Position numbers and translations under genes: made by a program
The notes under the pieces: generated by a model
Database searches by the model: none
Told to the model about the DNA's origin: nothing
Seen by the model: the letters and a program-made list of their open reading frames with translations, nothing else
DNA from: Oikopleura dioica
Lineage: Eukaryota > Animalia > Chordata
Length of the DNA stretch: 64,000 nucleotides
Direction: 5' to 3'
NCBI GenBank assembly: GCA_907165135.1
Contig: OU015568.1
Location: 7,130,001-7,194,000, forward strand
Shown: positions 1-12,735 of the stretch, piece after piece
Layout: the number at the start of each line of letters is the position of its first letter
Position numbering within the stretch: position 1 is the stretch's first letter

Positions 1-2652
1 TCCATTTGATTCTGCGGCTAGCGCTGGCTGATCCTGGATTAAGCATTGAAAACGCGATCAGCGGGCTGTCATCTGAGGCTACTCAGTCGGCTCAGATTTG
101 CTGCTCCGCTGACTCCTGCTCGACGGTGGAATCGATCTGCTCCAAAACTTCGACCACAGTTGACTGTAAATACCCCCAGACGCATCGTAAAGCCGCCTGG
201 TAGCGTTAGTGCATTATTTACAAGCACTCCTGCTGTCGCGCCGATCGATTATTTTTCCTCCTTTTTTTCGTCGCTTATTATTACTTTTATAGCTGGGCGG
301 CCGTTGAGACTCCACCCGCGTCCGAGTATATTGTATATTGACGGTAAAGACCGCCGGCGTATATTCTTTGGGCACGCTGCCAGTTTGTCTCTTTTTCACC
401 ATTTTGGGCACGCGCGAAGGAACACGCATTCATTGACACACGCTTTTTCTTCTCTAAAAATGATACTTATAACTACCAGAGCTTTCTCACAGTAAAAATA
501 CCGCACTGGAAAAACTTGCTTAGGCCATATTTTTCAACAACTAAAACTAAAACTAAAATTTCAAGGCGAAATTCCCGCTCAGGAAAAAGAAGAAAAGACA
601 GAATCGACGGAGGAAGTCACGACTCCCGCCCCCGTTGCCGAATAAATGGTAAATCAACTTTCCTAGAACTGTAGCTGACTGTTCGCCTTCAGATTCGCCT
701 TCCATGAATCCGAATCGTCGTCCAGGCAAGTTCAAACGATCTTCCCTCAAACTCGCCGCTTGAGTCTCGTAAAAAATCTCTTCCTTGTTTTCAAAAACGA
801 GAACGACTATTACTATCTATCCTCCCCTGTATAAAAATCAACATTTCCCCGCTCCCTCCCCTTATTTTAAAAACCGCAAAAAACGCTCACACGCAAACCC
901 GGATAAATTCCAATTTCCCAAAAGTACAAAATCCCAAAACGCGATAGATCTAACAGTGCAGCCTCTGTCAAAAGAGGAAAAGACCAGTTCTACACTGCCA
1001 GTTCTAGTTCTAGTTCGACTCCACAACCACAACTTTTCCTTCACAAAAGCAAAAGACCAACAATTATAATTAATTAACTTTTTATCTATTTTATTATTTT
1101 CTATCGTGCCATTTTTTAAGCTGTCAACTCATCCCATTCTAGACCAAAAAAACTCCTAAATCTGAACTTTCAAAACTCAAGCTATTCAAAATTCCAAAAA
1201 ATGAACATATTCCGCCCTTTTTTCTAAGTATAAATATTTGGCTAAACTACTGTACAACGGACTGTAGTCGACCTATCAATCTACTATTTTTCATTACACA
1301 GAAACTTTGTTGAGGGTATCTAACTTCTGACTGCATTCGACTAAACTCTAGTTTTCACTCGCCTGAGGGCAGAACGCGAGAATAGCCGCGGGCAGTCGAA
1401 ACTTTGAAAAGTTCCAATTTAGTAGCCCAAAATTTGAACAAATTTACAAAGTTTCGGGTACGCCAATTTTCAATTCTTTCGAATTCTAGAGTTTTAAAGA
1501 AAATACAGTTTCCAGCAGGCTTTTTCCCGGGTTAAAAAATACTTCTATAAATCTCAAAATCTTCAGTCCTAAAAATTTCCCGGGAAAAATCAGCTGTGTT
1601 TTCTTATCAAAACTCTTTGAAAGAAATTTTTATTGATAAAAAATTTTCATGCTTGTTTATTAATAATAAATAGCTTGTTTAAAGTTTAAAATTTAACTGT
1701 TTCTTCATCATCATCAAAAACCATCGCCAAACATTCTGTACATTCATTTTTTTTTCGCTGGCACAATTTTTAATTCAACAATTTTGTTTTTAACAACATC
1801 AAAAACGAAAGAAAGTGAAGAGAAATTTTTATTTTTGCTCGATCCTCAAAATCGTACTAATTTATACTTTTTGCGCGTTGCTAACATTCCCTACCCGTCT
1901 TTTTTATTTTTCTAGGCTTTTTGAATAACGAAAAAAGCGCCTGTCTTCATCAAGTTCGCCTCAAACAAACACGTGACAAATAGACCATGCGTTCCATTTT
2001 ATTTTTATCAAAATTTAAATTCTCAAAATTCGAAAATTCAAAATTTCAACAATTAAATTTGCGACAAAAGATTACCTTCCCTCTCTACTGCTCTAGAATT
2101 CCCGCCCCTACTGTATGTACCCGGGCAATACTGTCAAATATACCTTATTATAGTGAAATCTACCTTTCGTCCTCAAAAATTATCTGAAGCCAGGTCATTT
2201 AATAAAATTACGCGAACTGTAAAATTCTAGTTTTTCTGCAGGAAGAAGTCTTAACAAACATGACAAGCGAGATTCAAATAATCAAGTCAATTTTTATTTT
2301 ATGAAAAAATATAAAAATTATTCCGGAATCGAGTTTTTCTAGTTTCTTGAAATGAATTTCTTCTTTCGATGAGTCATAATTTCTGAAGCTCCACCCACCG
2401 CCGTGAGTAACGAATTCCCAAAAGAGAGAATTTTTTGAAAAGTGGAAAATTCCTAATGTCTGCCCTTCTTTCTTATTTGTGAAGTTCTCGCTGAAAAAAT
2501 GCTTGAATTTTTCTTCAGAAATTGTAAAAATGACTAACAGTAACAGTAACAAGCAGATTGCTACAGTAGTCTGTGCCCAGTCTGTTCCGCTTTCGGGTAA
2601 TTCTTTTGGGAATTGAAGAATAAATATTTGAGTTGGAAATTTAGACGAGAAA

Positions 2653-5600
2653 ATGAATCGTCGTCGGGCGGGAAAGAAAAATATGATCCTCTTGTCGGGC
2701 AATACCAACAGAGAACTTGCCTCCAAGATCGCTACCAGGTTCGTTTTTCGTGAAGAATAGGCGTTAAACTCGACTTTTCAGGCTTCAAATTGAAATTGCG
2801 CCTTCGCAAACGTTCTCTTTTGCCAATGGAGAGACCAATGTCGACATCGAGGTACAAAAAAGCCGCGAAAAAGACCGTCTTTTAACCTGTTTTCAAAATA
2901 GAAATCTGTGCGAGGGGCGGATGCCTACATCATCCAGACCGTTTCACACAACGTCAACGATGCTTTGATGGAAATGATGCTGATGGCGTACGCTTGCAAG
3001 TCTGCCTGCGCAAAGACCGTTATTGGAGTGCTTCCCTACCTGCCCTATTCGAAACAGGTAACTTACTCTGGTGGATAAATGGCTTTTGATTGAAAAAAGA
3101 CAGTTTTGGAGAAGAAAGAATGAGCGAGAAGCCGCTTGCGCCTTCGGGTATAAAAGACGCGCGGCTAATATTCTTTTAACTCGAAGCCGCAAGCGGCTTC
3201 TCGGTCTTTTCCTATCCGAAACTGTCTTTTTCAATGAATAGCCGCAAGTTATCGAGCATTTTTCTCAACCCTAGCTCTCTTGCGACTTGATATTTGACGA
3301 GTTTCTAGTGCAGAATGCGAAAACGAGGCTCGATCGTGATGAAACTCATCGCCCAATCTTTGTCAAAAGCCGGCTTCGATCATATTTTAACGCTGGACTT
3401 GCATCAGAAAGAAATTCAAGGATACTTCGATTGCCCCGTCGAAAATTTAAGGTAAGAGTTGGGTTTTATTCGCGCTCAGTATTTGAGTATGAAATAACTT
3501 TTGAGTATTATGTACAGTTATGATTGTAAGACACTTTCTTCGTCAATTATTGTGAGTCGGAAAGGGCATCCAAGAATCCATTCGAAGTTCCAATCACTCG
3601 TTGGTTCTTGACTCGACATTTAATGACTAAAAGATGAAGGAGCGCTAAGGGTTGAATTCTTACAATTTCCAGGGTTTCGCTTCCATCCATTTTTGCCGTG
3701 GCACTTCATTCTTCGCTGCATGGGCATGTAGCCCGGCCCGCAGACCACTCGGCATTTGAAGTTTTCGGGGTTTTCAGCGTTCTTTTGTGGATCAAAAAGG
3801 GTTCTAACGGCTTTTCAGAAACGAAGCCGCATAGCGGCTTTTCGTTTATTAATCAGCTCTTCCAGGACCTTGACACCCAAAGTAGCTCATTATCGTGTAT
3901 CATTTTGATCCGTTCATAAACACAGGGCGGGCCAGATCGCGTCTCCCACTTTGGAAATCCCTTTTGACATTCTCCGTCGCAGGCGAGCTGTGGAAGCGGC
4001 TCTCCATTGCACTTAAACTTCGACAGCTTCGCCCGCTCGTCCAAAACGCTAGTATCGGTGCTATTCTCTTGGGCGAAAACGCTGGCGAATCCTGTGAGTG
4101 CGAAAAATGTCAATTTCATTATTGCTTCGTCTTTTCTTGCGTCGTATCGTTATCCGTTACGTCGATTTTCAACCATTTCGAGTTAGTTTTTATATGGCTT
4201 TCTTATCGTCGGACACCTGGCGCTTCTGTGATAACAAGTTGTTGTGGGATTGGGCTTATCGCTTGAAATTCTGGCGATTTTGTGACATTTGTCAAGTGGA
4301 ATTTCATTTTTGAATAGAAATTGAGCTTTTAAAACTAGAGTTTAGACGAGTGCGCCCAAATATTGATAAGAGCAGCGTTTTTGTGGTTTTTCTTGGGAAA
4401 GAATAAGATATTCGTCGTTTCTTGAGGATTATTTAAACCAATCAGAAAGCTATTTTCGACCTTTCGGCGAATAAGAAGCTAATTTACCAACCATTCTTGG
4501 ACTTGATTTCTAGAACAGAATTGTTTATTTGAAAAAATTAAAAATTTTCTTTTTACAATCCCCTTTTATTTTGATGGCACTCGATGTACCGCATCTGCGG
4601 ATGTACCGCATCGACGGATGTACCGCATCGGCGGATGTACCGCGCTTGCGGTAGGTCGGCCGATGCGGTACATCGGCCAATGCGGTACATCGATCGTTTT
4701 TGCAAAAATGCGGTACGTCGATCGTTTTTGCCGAAATATTTCTAGAACGCGTTTTTAGCTAGTGAGGATGCGGTACGTCGATCGTTTTCGCTCATAATGC
4801 GGTACATCGATCGTTTTTTTTGTGAAAATGCGGTACATCGGTCGCTTTTCGCCTTCAAAAAGTGATAAAAGCTTTCGACTCTTACTTATGAATTCCTGGT
4901 CGACCCCCCTGTCAGCCGAAGATTACGGGCAAAAATTTTAAAGGTGTAAAGAAATTTTTGAAGACTGGAGCAAAATAATGGTCATTTCTTGTTCAGAAAA
5001 AGCTATGGTAGTGACAGTAGAGGTAATCATAAGTGAAAGTATTTCTATTATTAGTACTTAATATTCAATTTATCGTTCTTGAGGATCTCTCTAAGATAAA
5101 TTCTATCTGTTGACTAATTGACGAATCTTGAGGAAAGCTCGAAAAAAATGAAAAACGACGTTCAGGAAACCGAGTATATGAGCAATAAATTATTATTGCC
5201 AATAATAATATAAGTAGATTCTGTCTAATATTTTATAAAAAAGCGTCTTGGCAAATAAGTACAGTGGGTTGCGCAGGTAGTGCACCCTGTGTGATCGCGG
5301 CGTTGGGTCCGCAACAAACAACCCTTCGCCCGCACGCTTTACGCTTTTTTTATCGGTACTACCAAAGGTATTTCTGAAGAAGAAATGACCGACGATGATC
5401 ATTTTTGTAGTCGAAAATTTCAGTCTTCAAAAATTTCTTTACACCTTTAAAATTTTTGGCCGTAATCTTCGGCTGACAGGGGGTCGACCAGAAATTCATA
5501 AGTAAGAGTCGAAAGCTTTTATCACTTTTTGAATGCGAAAAGCGACCGATGTACCGCATTTTCACAAAAAAACGATCGATGTACCGCATTATGAGTGAAA

Positions 5601-7404
5601 ACGATCGACGTACCGCATCCTCACTAGCTAAAAAACGCGTTCTAGAAATATTTCGGCAAAAAAACGATCGACGTACCGCATTTTTGCAAAAAAACGATCG
5701 ATGTACCGCATTGGCCGATGTACCGCATCGGCCGACCTACCGCAAGCGCGGTACATCCGCCGATGCGGTACATCCGTCGATGCGGTACATCCGCAGATGC
5801 GGTACATCGATTGTCACCTTTTATTTTATCAGTAAAAAGAAATTGAAAAATAATTTTTGTGTAAACAATTCGGTTCTAGAAATTCTCATTGCGCATAGAA
5901 TTTAAAATATCGGAGCAAATCAGTAAAAATGCAACAAAACTTGAAAGTTGAAATCTAAAACCAATCAGAAACCGTTATATGCTGAAACGCCCAATCAGAA
6001 GCTGAATAGCGGCCCATTCGAATTTTATTGCATTTTTTATTTTTGAAAGTCCAAGAAAGTCGCCAATTTCATTTCGCAAATGACAAATTTAGAATTGCTT
6101 GAGTAGTCATTCCATTTTCCCGATAAGAATGCGTCTTTCTGCCCCTGCGACATGTTCTTTTCGCCAAGACACATATCACAACATAATTTTAGAAAGATAG
6201 CGTTTTATCCGTGTCTCCACGAATTTAAACGTGACTTCCACGAAACAAAGATTTCACCTGAAGAAGAAATAATGAATATTTTCAGAGCGTCGCCGTACCT
6301 GATCCAGCGACTCTTGGAAATCGACATCGGGCTTCCCTGCCAACTGGATAGGCAGATGCGACAAATGCCTGATGCTTGTGTTGTTGCTAGAACTCCTGCT
6401 TATGCCAAACGGGCGCAAAGGTAGAATTTTGGGAGTAATTACTGTTTCTAGAACAGATTTGTTTACTTTAAAAAGGGATGGATTTTCTTTTTACTGATAA
6501 AATAAAACGGGATTATAAAAAGAAAAAATTCAAAAATTCTGTTCTAGAAACTTCGTAACAATCGTCTCAAGATAGTCATCATTTTCACGGGCTTTGAAGC
6601 TTACTGTTTTTATTAGCTTTGCGGAGCGACTACGAGTGGACATTGCTGTTATTCACGGAAAAGACTTTCACGAAGAGCATGATCGAGATGTAAGAACAAT
6701 TTCAATGAAGCTAGAATGAACTGTCTTTTTTAGATGGACGGACGAGGTTCTCCTCCGCCAGAGCTCGGCTCGCTGGAAAACGAGTACGAAGAAGAGTCTT
6801 TCGACGAAAAGGACTTGAAGAACGGACGACAGCGTTCATTTTCCCAGCAAAGCAGAACCCGAAGTCGAACGATTTCGGGCACGGCTTCCAGACGAACGCG
6901 AACGGAGAGCATGAACTTGGTCGTTAATGATTACGTGGACTCGCCGATGCCCAGTGAGAAGGTAAAACCGAGCATGTATGTTGTCGGAGATGTTTGTGGC
7001 AAGACCTGTTTGATTGTTGAAGGTACTTTCTTCCAACTTTGAAGAGTTCTATTTGAAGCTAAGATATCCTGGATGAGCCGCAAGGATTTATCAACTGCGC
7101 TGAATTGTTGAAGGAAAACGGAGCGAAGATGGTGATTGTAATTGCGACGCACGCTGTTTTGGGACAATCTCAAAACGACGAAGCCTTGATGAAAATCAAC
7201 AATTCCAAAATCGACAGGATCATTGTTTCCAACTCCATTCCGATGGAGGAGTCTGGAAAGGTCAGTCTTCTCATTCTCTCTTTTTGAAAGCTTTCTTAGA
7301 TCACGGTCGTGGACATGTCCTTGCTTTTGTCCGAAGCAATGCGAAGAATTCATCACGGAGAAAGTATGAGCCTCATGTTTTCCGGCGTCGACCGACACGA
7401 TTAA
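2653..7404 (+). CDS. PRPSAP: Phosphoribosyl pyrophosphate synthetase-associated protein (PRPSAP1/2-like), multi-exon, with a ~2.8 kb intron (~3452-6285)
   Basis: Spliced exons read [27 protein letters not shown] / [13 protein letters not shown] / [30 protein letters not shown] / [44 protein letters not shown] / [14 protein letters not shown] / [28 protein letters not shown] / ATHAVL / [16 protein letters not shown]. The [13 protein letters not shown] and GRGSPPP motifs are characteristic of PRPSAP rather than catalytic PRPS. Confidence 0.93.
3081..3243. mobile_element. Short palindromic MITE-like element in a PRPSAP intron
   Basis: Outer inverted repeat ggcttttgattgaaaaaagacag / ctgtctttttcaatgaatagcc; inner inverted repeat gagaagccgcttgcgccttcg / cgaagccgcaagcggcttctc. 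No clear TSD. Confidence 0.5.
3620..4119 (-). CDS. Small secreted Cys-rich protein nested antisense in the large PRPSAP intron
   Basis: Signal-peptide-like start [16 protein letters not shown], then [25 protein letters not shown] downstream open frame (~3810-3620) reads [33 protein letters not shown] (sushi/CCP-like Cys spacing). The splice joining the two parts is not resolved. Confidence 0.5.
4573..5818. mobile_element. Foldback/MULE-like non-autonomous element with ~430 bp modular TIRs and 9-bp TSD
   Basis: TTTTATTTT flanks both ends (4564-4572 and 5819-5827). Arms ~4573-5010 and ~5358-5818 are near-perfect inverted copies whose outer parts are built of short ATGTACCGC/GCGGTACAT repeats. 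Confidence 0.85.
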
Positions 7405-7877
7405 ATATTTGACTGTGAAAGAAGGTTTTTCTCAAAAAAGTTCAAATTCTATCAATTCATAAAAATTATGAAAACACCGTATTTATGCTAAGCAACACAA
7501 CTTACAACCATCTTACTGACTGAGTGCCTGAAAACTGAGAACTAGAATTTTACTGAACGAAACGAACGATTAGAATAAACACAATTCGCTCCAGTTGCGA
7601 ATTTGACCAAGAGCACGAAAAAATGCTCTTGTGGAATGTGGTTTTATTATTGAGGATTTTCATTTTTACGCTAATCCGAATTTATGGCAGGAAGCAGACG
7701 TAAATCAGCAGGTGTTTCGCAGATGAATAGGTTTCCCATGACTTTTTAACTACTTTTTTTTAACGATGCAGCGTATAGATTCTCATCTGACTCGGCAAAA
7801 CGGCTATAACTCGGCAACACATTATTCAGTAGAGTTAGCTTTCAGAAAAATTTGTAAGAAAATATAACTTTTCGAAA

Positions 7878-8246
7878 ATGACGAAAGTAACGGGGCATCC
7901 AAAAGAATTGACGAGAGAGGTCATTAAGAAGTGGATTGACGGTTTTCATAAGCGTTTGAAGAGAACAACAACGAGGGACGATTTGGACAGACTAATCTTG
8001 TCCGTCGAGAGAATGGAGTTTCAAGATGATAAAAGTTCTCAATGGGACGAGGTTACTTTTGACGATGGAGAAGGCACAACTCATTACCGAGAAAACTTCT
8101 GGGAAACTCGAGAAAAGTGGATTGTCACTAAGTTTCATGAGAAAATTCTCAAGCGAAATCCAGATTTAAAAGGAAAAACACTTGAGAAATCGAAGTTAAA
8201 AAGAGAAGAGGGAGAATGGATTCTTGATCGGGGTGGACCGTACTGA
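7878..8246 (+). CDS. Hypothetical 122-aa intronless ORF
   Basis: ATG-initiated ORF with plausible charged, globular composition; no recognisable motif; lies in a repeat-rich intergenic stretch. Confidence 0.3.
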   Translation: MTKVTGHPKELTREVIKKWIDGFHKRLKRTTTRDDLDRLILSVERMEFQDDKSSQWDEVTFDDGEGTTHYRENFWETREKWIVTKFHEKILKRNPDLKGKTLEKSKLKREEGEWILDRGGPY

Positions 8247-8635
8247 CCAGAGTGTAATATGTTCAATGTAAGGTGCTAAGTAGGGGAGAATAAAGGTGAA
8301 CAAGCTTCAAGGAAGGAGGATTAGACAGATGAATGCACGGAGATGCAGAGGGCCAACCGCCATGTGCTAACTCCCGCAGAGGTAGCACCTCGGCTCAACT
8401 TGACGGTGACTTGATGGCTTGGCTGATCTGCAAACATAATGAGTGATTTGAGCTGCTAAATCCGATCAAGCTCAACCCCCGGATAACCTGCAAATATGGA
8501 GATTTGATGGCTCCTAGATTTTTAAATTTTAAGCTTTTTTCTGAGGCAGGTTTTCAGGCACCGTGTGAAGTGAGCTGTGTCACAGCTGTGAATTCTCATC
8601 CGAGCCAATCCCATCGAGCACAAGAGAGCATAAAG

Positions 8636-8700
8636 GCCTCGGATTCGAACTCGAGGCCTCATGCTTTGTAGCCTTTTCATTTAACGACCGGGCCACAGTG
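8636..8700 (-). other. tRNA-like / SINE-like fragment
   Basis: Minus strand reads gtggcccggtcgttaa (A-box-like) ... ctcgagttcgaatccgagg (B-box, T-loop-like). Cloverleaf stems are imperfect and there is no clear acceptor stem. Confidence 0.3.
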
Positions 8701-8957
8701 GGTCAAAGGCAGTGGGAAAAGAAATGCTTTTTATGTCAAGCTCCCAGAGCTCTCATTTTTTTCGAAATCTCGGAGAAAATCGCAATTACGAGAATGTCTA
8801 CCGAAGTAATAAGAAATTTCCTACCAACTCAGTTACCTCTTGTTGTTTAATATGCTTAAATATGAGATATTATATGTCCTTATATAATGCTTATACGTTT
8901 AAAATGTATTTCCGTATTAATATAATAACTTAGGTAGCATTAGTTTTGGCCTTTTAA

Positions 8958-9170
8958 CCCTGCCCCGCCAAATGCAATTTTCGACACCGTTTTTTGTGGT
9001 CTTTAACTAGGGTTGAACTTTGACTCTCATAGTATGTCTAGGATACTGAAGGGTTCTCTTGAATAGATGGTTATTTAAAGAAAATGATATTATGTAGAAG
9101 AAATTATGGACGATTGAAAATTTGAAAAATCGAAAAATGCACCTCCTGAGGTGCATTTGGCGGGGCAGGG
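8958..9170. mobile_element. piggyBac-type MITE (213 bp)
   Basis: 19-bp perfect TIR ccctgccccgccaaatgca / tgcatttggcggggcaggg, flanked on both sides by TTAA (8954-8957, 9171-9174); CCC..GGG termini. Confidence 0.9.
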
Positions 9171-9339
9171 TTAAATAAGACGGATAAATAAGCCTCTCTT
9201 CAAAACATTCGGACTAAAGCAGAAGAATCAATGTCAATATTCCTCGCATGTCCTACATTTGTGTCTAATCCTACCCACCTGCACTTGCCTCATTCTTTCG
9301 GACTTCGCACCTCACATTGCCCATATTACACTCTTGTCA

Positions 9340-11565
9340 GTCCGGTCAGCCCCTCTTGATCCAACTTTGAAGAAGAAACAAATAAATGCTGGCGGAGAAG
9401 CAATTATCTTAAACGAAACTTTTGGGAAGTTGGATGTCGCCGTTCGAGTCCAATGTTTCGACTCGGCCCTTTTTACGGAGAAGTTTCCAGCAGCTTCGAA
9501 TACTGGGCGATCAATTAAGAATTCGGATGAGCTCCAATTTGAAATTCATCTTTCTGGAGGTAATTTATTAAATTGAACTTCGAAGCTAGAAAAATAAAAA
9601 TTCAGAGTGCGAAGTTGCAGAAAAAAGATATCCGGGCGATCGAGACGAGAATAATAACAGTGCGATCCCGTTTCACAAAAATGTTATAAAAATTTTCTCA
9701 AATATTGAGATTTTTTTGAAAGAAGATAAAGAGAAACGGGATTGTATTGGCTGGATCACAGTCATGGAGAAATGTGATGGTGATTTGAGAAGACGGCTAA
9801 GAGAAAACAGTTTGAAATTAGAAGAGAGAAAAGAAATAGCAATAGGAGTCATGGAGGGATTAAAATATTTGCAAGACGTAGGGATCCGACATCTTGATGC
9901 AAAACCGGAGAACGTTCTCCTAAAAAAGGAAGACTCTGGTATTGTACCCGTGTGGACAGATTTCGGCATCATCGTAGTATATTCAAAAAGCGAGAGATTT
10001 CGACAGATGGGTTATACAAGGAGAGGCCACAAATTTAATGCGCCCTTCAAGATTGGTTAGTTTATTTTTCTGAACATGAAAACATTATAACCTTCCGATT
10101 TTTTTTAGGGGCAGGTACAGCGGCTTTTACGCAAATTCAGCAGTTGGACAGTAGAGCCAGTGGCAAAGGCGGAACACCTGAGTTTCCAGTGCACATTTGG
10201 ACCCTTTGTGACTGGAAAACCGCTTGGAGTCTTTTGTTTATGCCAATTGAAACGGATGATATTAGATTAGAAATCGAAAACGAGCTGAAGGTACTATTTT
10301 TTGATAAAAAAACGAAGAATTGACTTGTAAAATATTTTTAATCTTATTATTTTAGTTTTGCAAGGCGGAATGGTTCTTGTCAAGAAAACCGTCAATCGAA
10401 CAAATCAAAAGCGTTTCAAAAATCATTTCCCTGAAAAACACTTCATTTGATTTCGCTCTCGATTCGAATCTAACGAAATCGAAAGTCCTCGCGAATTGGA
10501 AGGGTCAATACACGAAGCAAATGAACCAAGACTTTAAGAATCTGACGCAGAGAATTGTCGACCAAAAAGACACGAATCTTTGTGTGCCAATTTCAGTCAG
10601 TAATCTTATCAGATGGGCACTCAAAAATGACTTGGGTATTGACGATTATACAATGAAAATATCTTTTTCGATGGAAAGAGTTTTGACAGCAATCACAATG
10701 ATTGTTTATCCCCGCAGCTTGGCCGGATTAACTCTCAACCCCAAAAAAGAAGAACAGTCTTTTCAACACACTGAAATCGAAACGCTTCTCAAAAGAATCA
10801 AGTTCAAAACTTATTTTCATCCAACTGGGTGGCACATGATCGACAACGGAGACCACTCGGTCGACAAAAATCAATCGGAATCAAAAGCTGATTTCGATTT
10901 TGAAGAAGGTAAGGTCACATTATCACTCGTTTTCCAAAACTTATGATTGATAAGTGTTCCTTCACAATCGGTTCGACTTGGAATTCACCCGTCCACTGAC
11001 TGTTACCGGCGCTTTTATGAGATCCGACGGAACTGTCTTGATACACCAAATGCTGCTTGACCGAGTTGAACACTATAAGTACGTTCTCCAAAATACTCTC
11101 ATCAAGGATCTAAAATCTGGATATAAAAATTTCAAAAATCAAATCGAAATTCCACTCGACCGGCCATACTACGCTTCTTTCGAAATGATGGAAATTCTCC
11201 ATCGTTTGAACAACGATTATGTTATTTGTGATGATAACGGCATGGTCCTAGCAAGATATGTAAATGAAAACTTCAACATGAAGAGTGAAACATGGTATCT
11301 TCTTCCTCAAGCTTATTCAATCACTTTGAGTTACAAGCCTGCGATAGCAACTCTAATCCAAAAATTAAAAGCGGTAAATTTTAATATCAGCAAAAATGAG
11401 TAATTATTCTTTAATTTTGCGATTTAGATGGGGTTTGAAGAAGAACAAGTTATAAAAGCTGCTAGACGCGACGATGGTGATGAAAAAAGAGCGCTGGCAT
11501 GGTTAAATAGACAAAAGTCTGGTACGAAACAAAATATGGTTCGTAATTCATATGACGGATTTTAA
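9340..11565 (+). CDS. Protein kinase-like domain + papain-fold (clan CA-like) domain + C-terminal UBA domain, multi-exon; 5' end uncertain
   Basis: Kinase motifs AGGEAIIL, VAVRVQ, VMEKCDGDL, HLDAKPENVLL, TDFG. Then IVDQKDTNLCVPIS (Cys codon 10581) and IHQMLL..YVLQNT (His 11044, Asn 11092). Last exon MGFEEEQVIKAARRDDGDEKRALAWL is UBA-like. Canonical GT-AG introns join the ORF-track segments. Confidence 0.75.
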
Positions 11566-12735
11566 TGGTCTCCAGCGCCGCTTTGTTCAGCGCGCGCCGC
11601 TGGCTCAAAATCATACGACTATATTCAAACGAGGGAATTGAAATCAGCCCGCTCAGCTCATGTCATCTTTATCTCAATATCTAACTGTATAAATACTACC
11701 AATCTTAATCTACTCCAGTTATCTCTATAAAACCAAATTATTTCATGCTCCATTCATATTATCTTTTCTCATCACAATGGATACAACATTGATGAAATTC
11801 AATCTCACTTATTTACTATCATACTGTTCTACTCTTATCTGTTGCGATTAACGTCTATTTCGTGTAACTTTACTTTTCAACCATTTGAGTTTAGTTTCCT
11901 ATATAAAGGAACGCTCAGAACTGCTCTTCACTCACTCACTCACTTTCGCTAAACCAAGACTCAGAGAATAAACGAAATACAGACTTAGCGGACAATTCCG
12001 GAAGTTTTTTTTTCGCTGAAACGCACCAAATCTCCGGAATTGTCCGATTTTACTCGAGGATTTTTTTTGTATCCAATATGCTTGTTCTGTCTACCAGAAA
12101 ATAGGTTTTTTACTGCCACTCTCAGCCTTTTTGACCGTTTTCTTGTTTTCATTATAGGGTCACGGATCGTAACTCACGGTTAAAGAAGCAGTTTTTTCTG
12201 AAATATTTAAAAGTAGAATTTGAGCTTCATTAGCCTAAGAGCTTCATTTCCCCAGGCTGGGGAGATGAAGCTCTCCGCCGGTACAAATAATCATATTTTT
12301 GACAATAAAAACCTATTTCCACCCATTATAACGCTCATTTTTGGACAGAACTCCACCTCAGCTATACGGTATAGCTAGGCATAACGCACAAAAAATCAAC
12401 TTTTTATCTGAAAGTCGTAGGAAGCTAATTTTCACCTATCGTATAGATTTTTGTGCTCTGACAACATTTCAACAAAAATAAATTTCAAAAATTTTAAATT
12501 TAGTACTTTTTAAGTACCCCAAAGTTTTCAAAAATTGATTTTTCGTGCCATCCAAGCTACGGGGTTGTAAGCATGCTCATTCGAAAGAGCACAAAAAACT
12601 GAGTCAGATACATCAAAAAATAGGGGTTCCTAGGGGGGTTCCCCAGATTTTAGGGGTTGAAAATCACAAAAATGATGAGTCATCACTCAAAAATGACCCT
12701 ATTTGACCCCGAAAATGAACTTTTTATGAACTTTT

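Noticed and set aside
1-2640. Short ORFs in the first 2.6 kb
   Set aside because: No coherent exon chain or family motif; some segments (1-200, 590-740) look coding-like but could not be assembled or assigned.
11989-12272. Helitron 3' hairpins (11989-12046 and ~12239-12272)
   Set aside because: Real stems, but no CTRR terminus at the expected distance and no 5' TC end identified.
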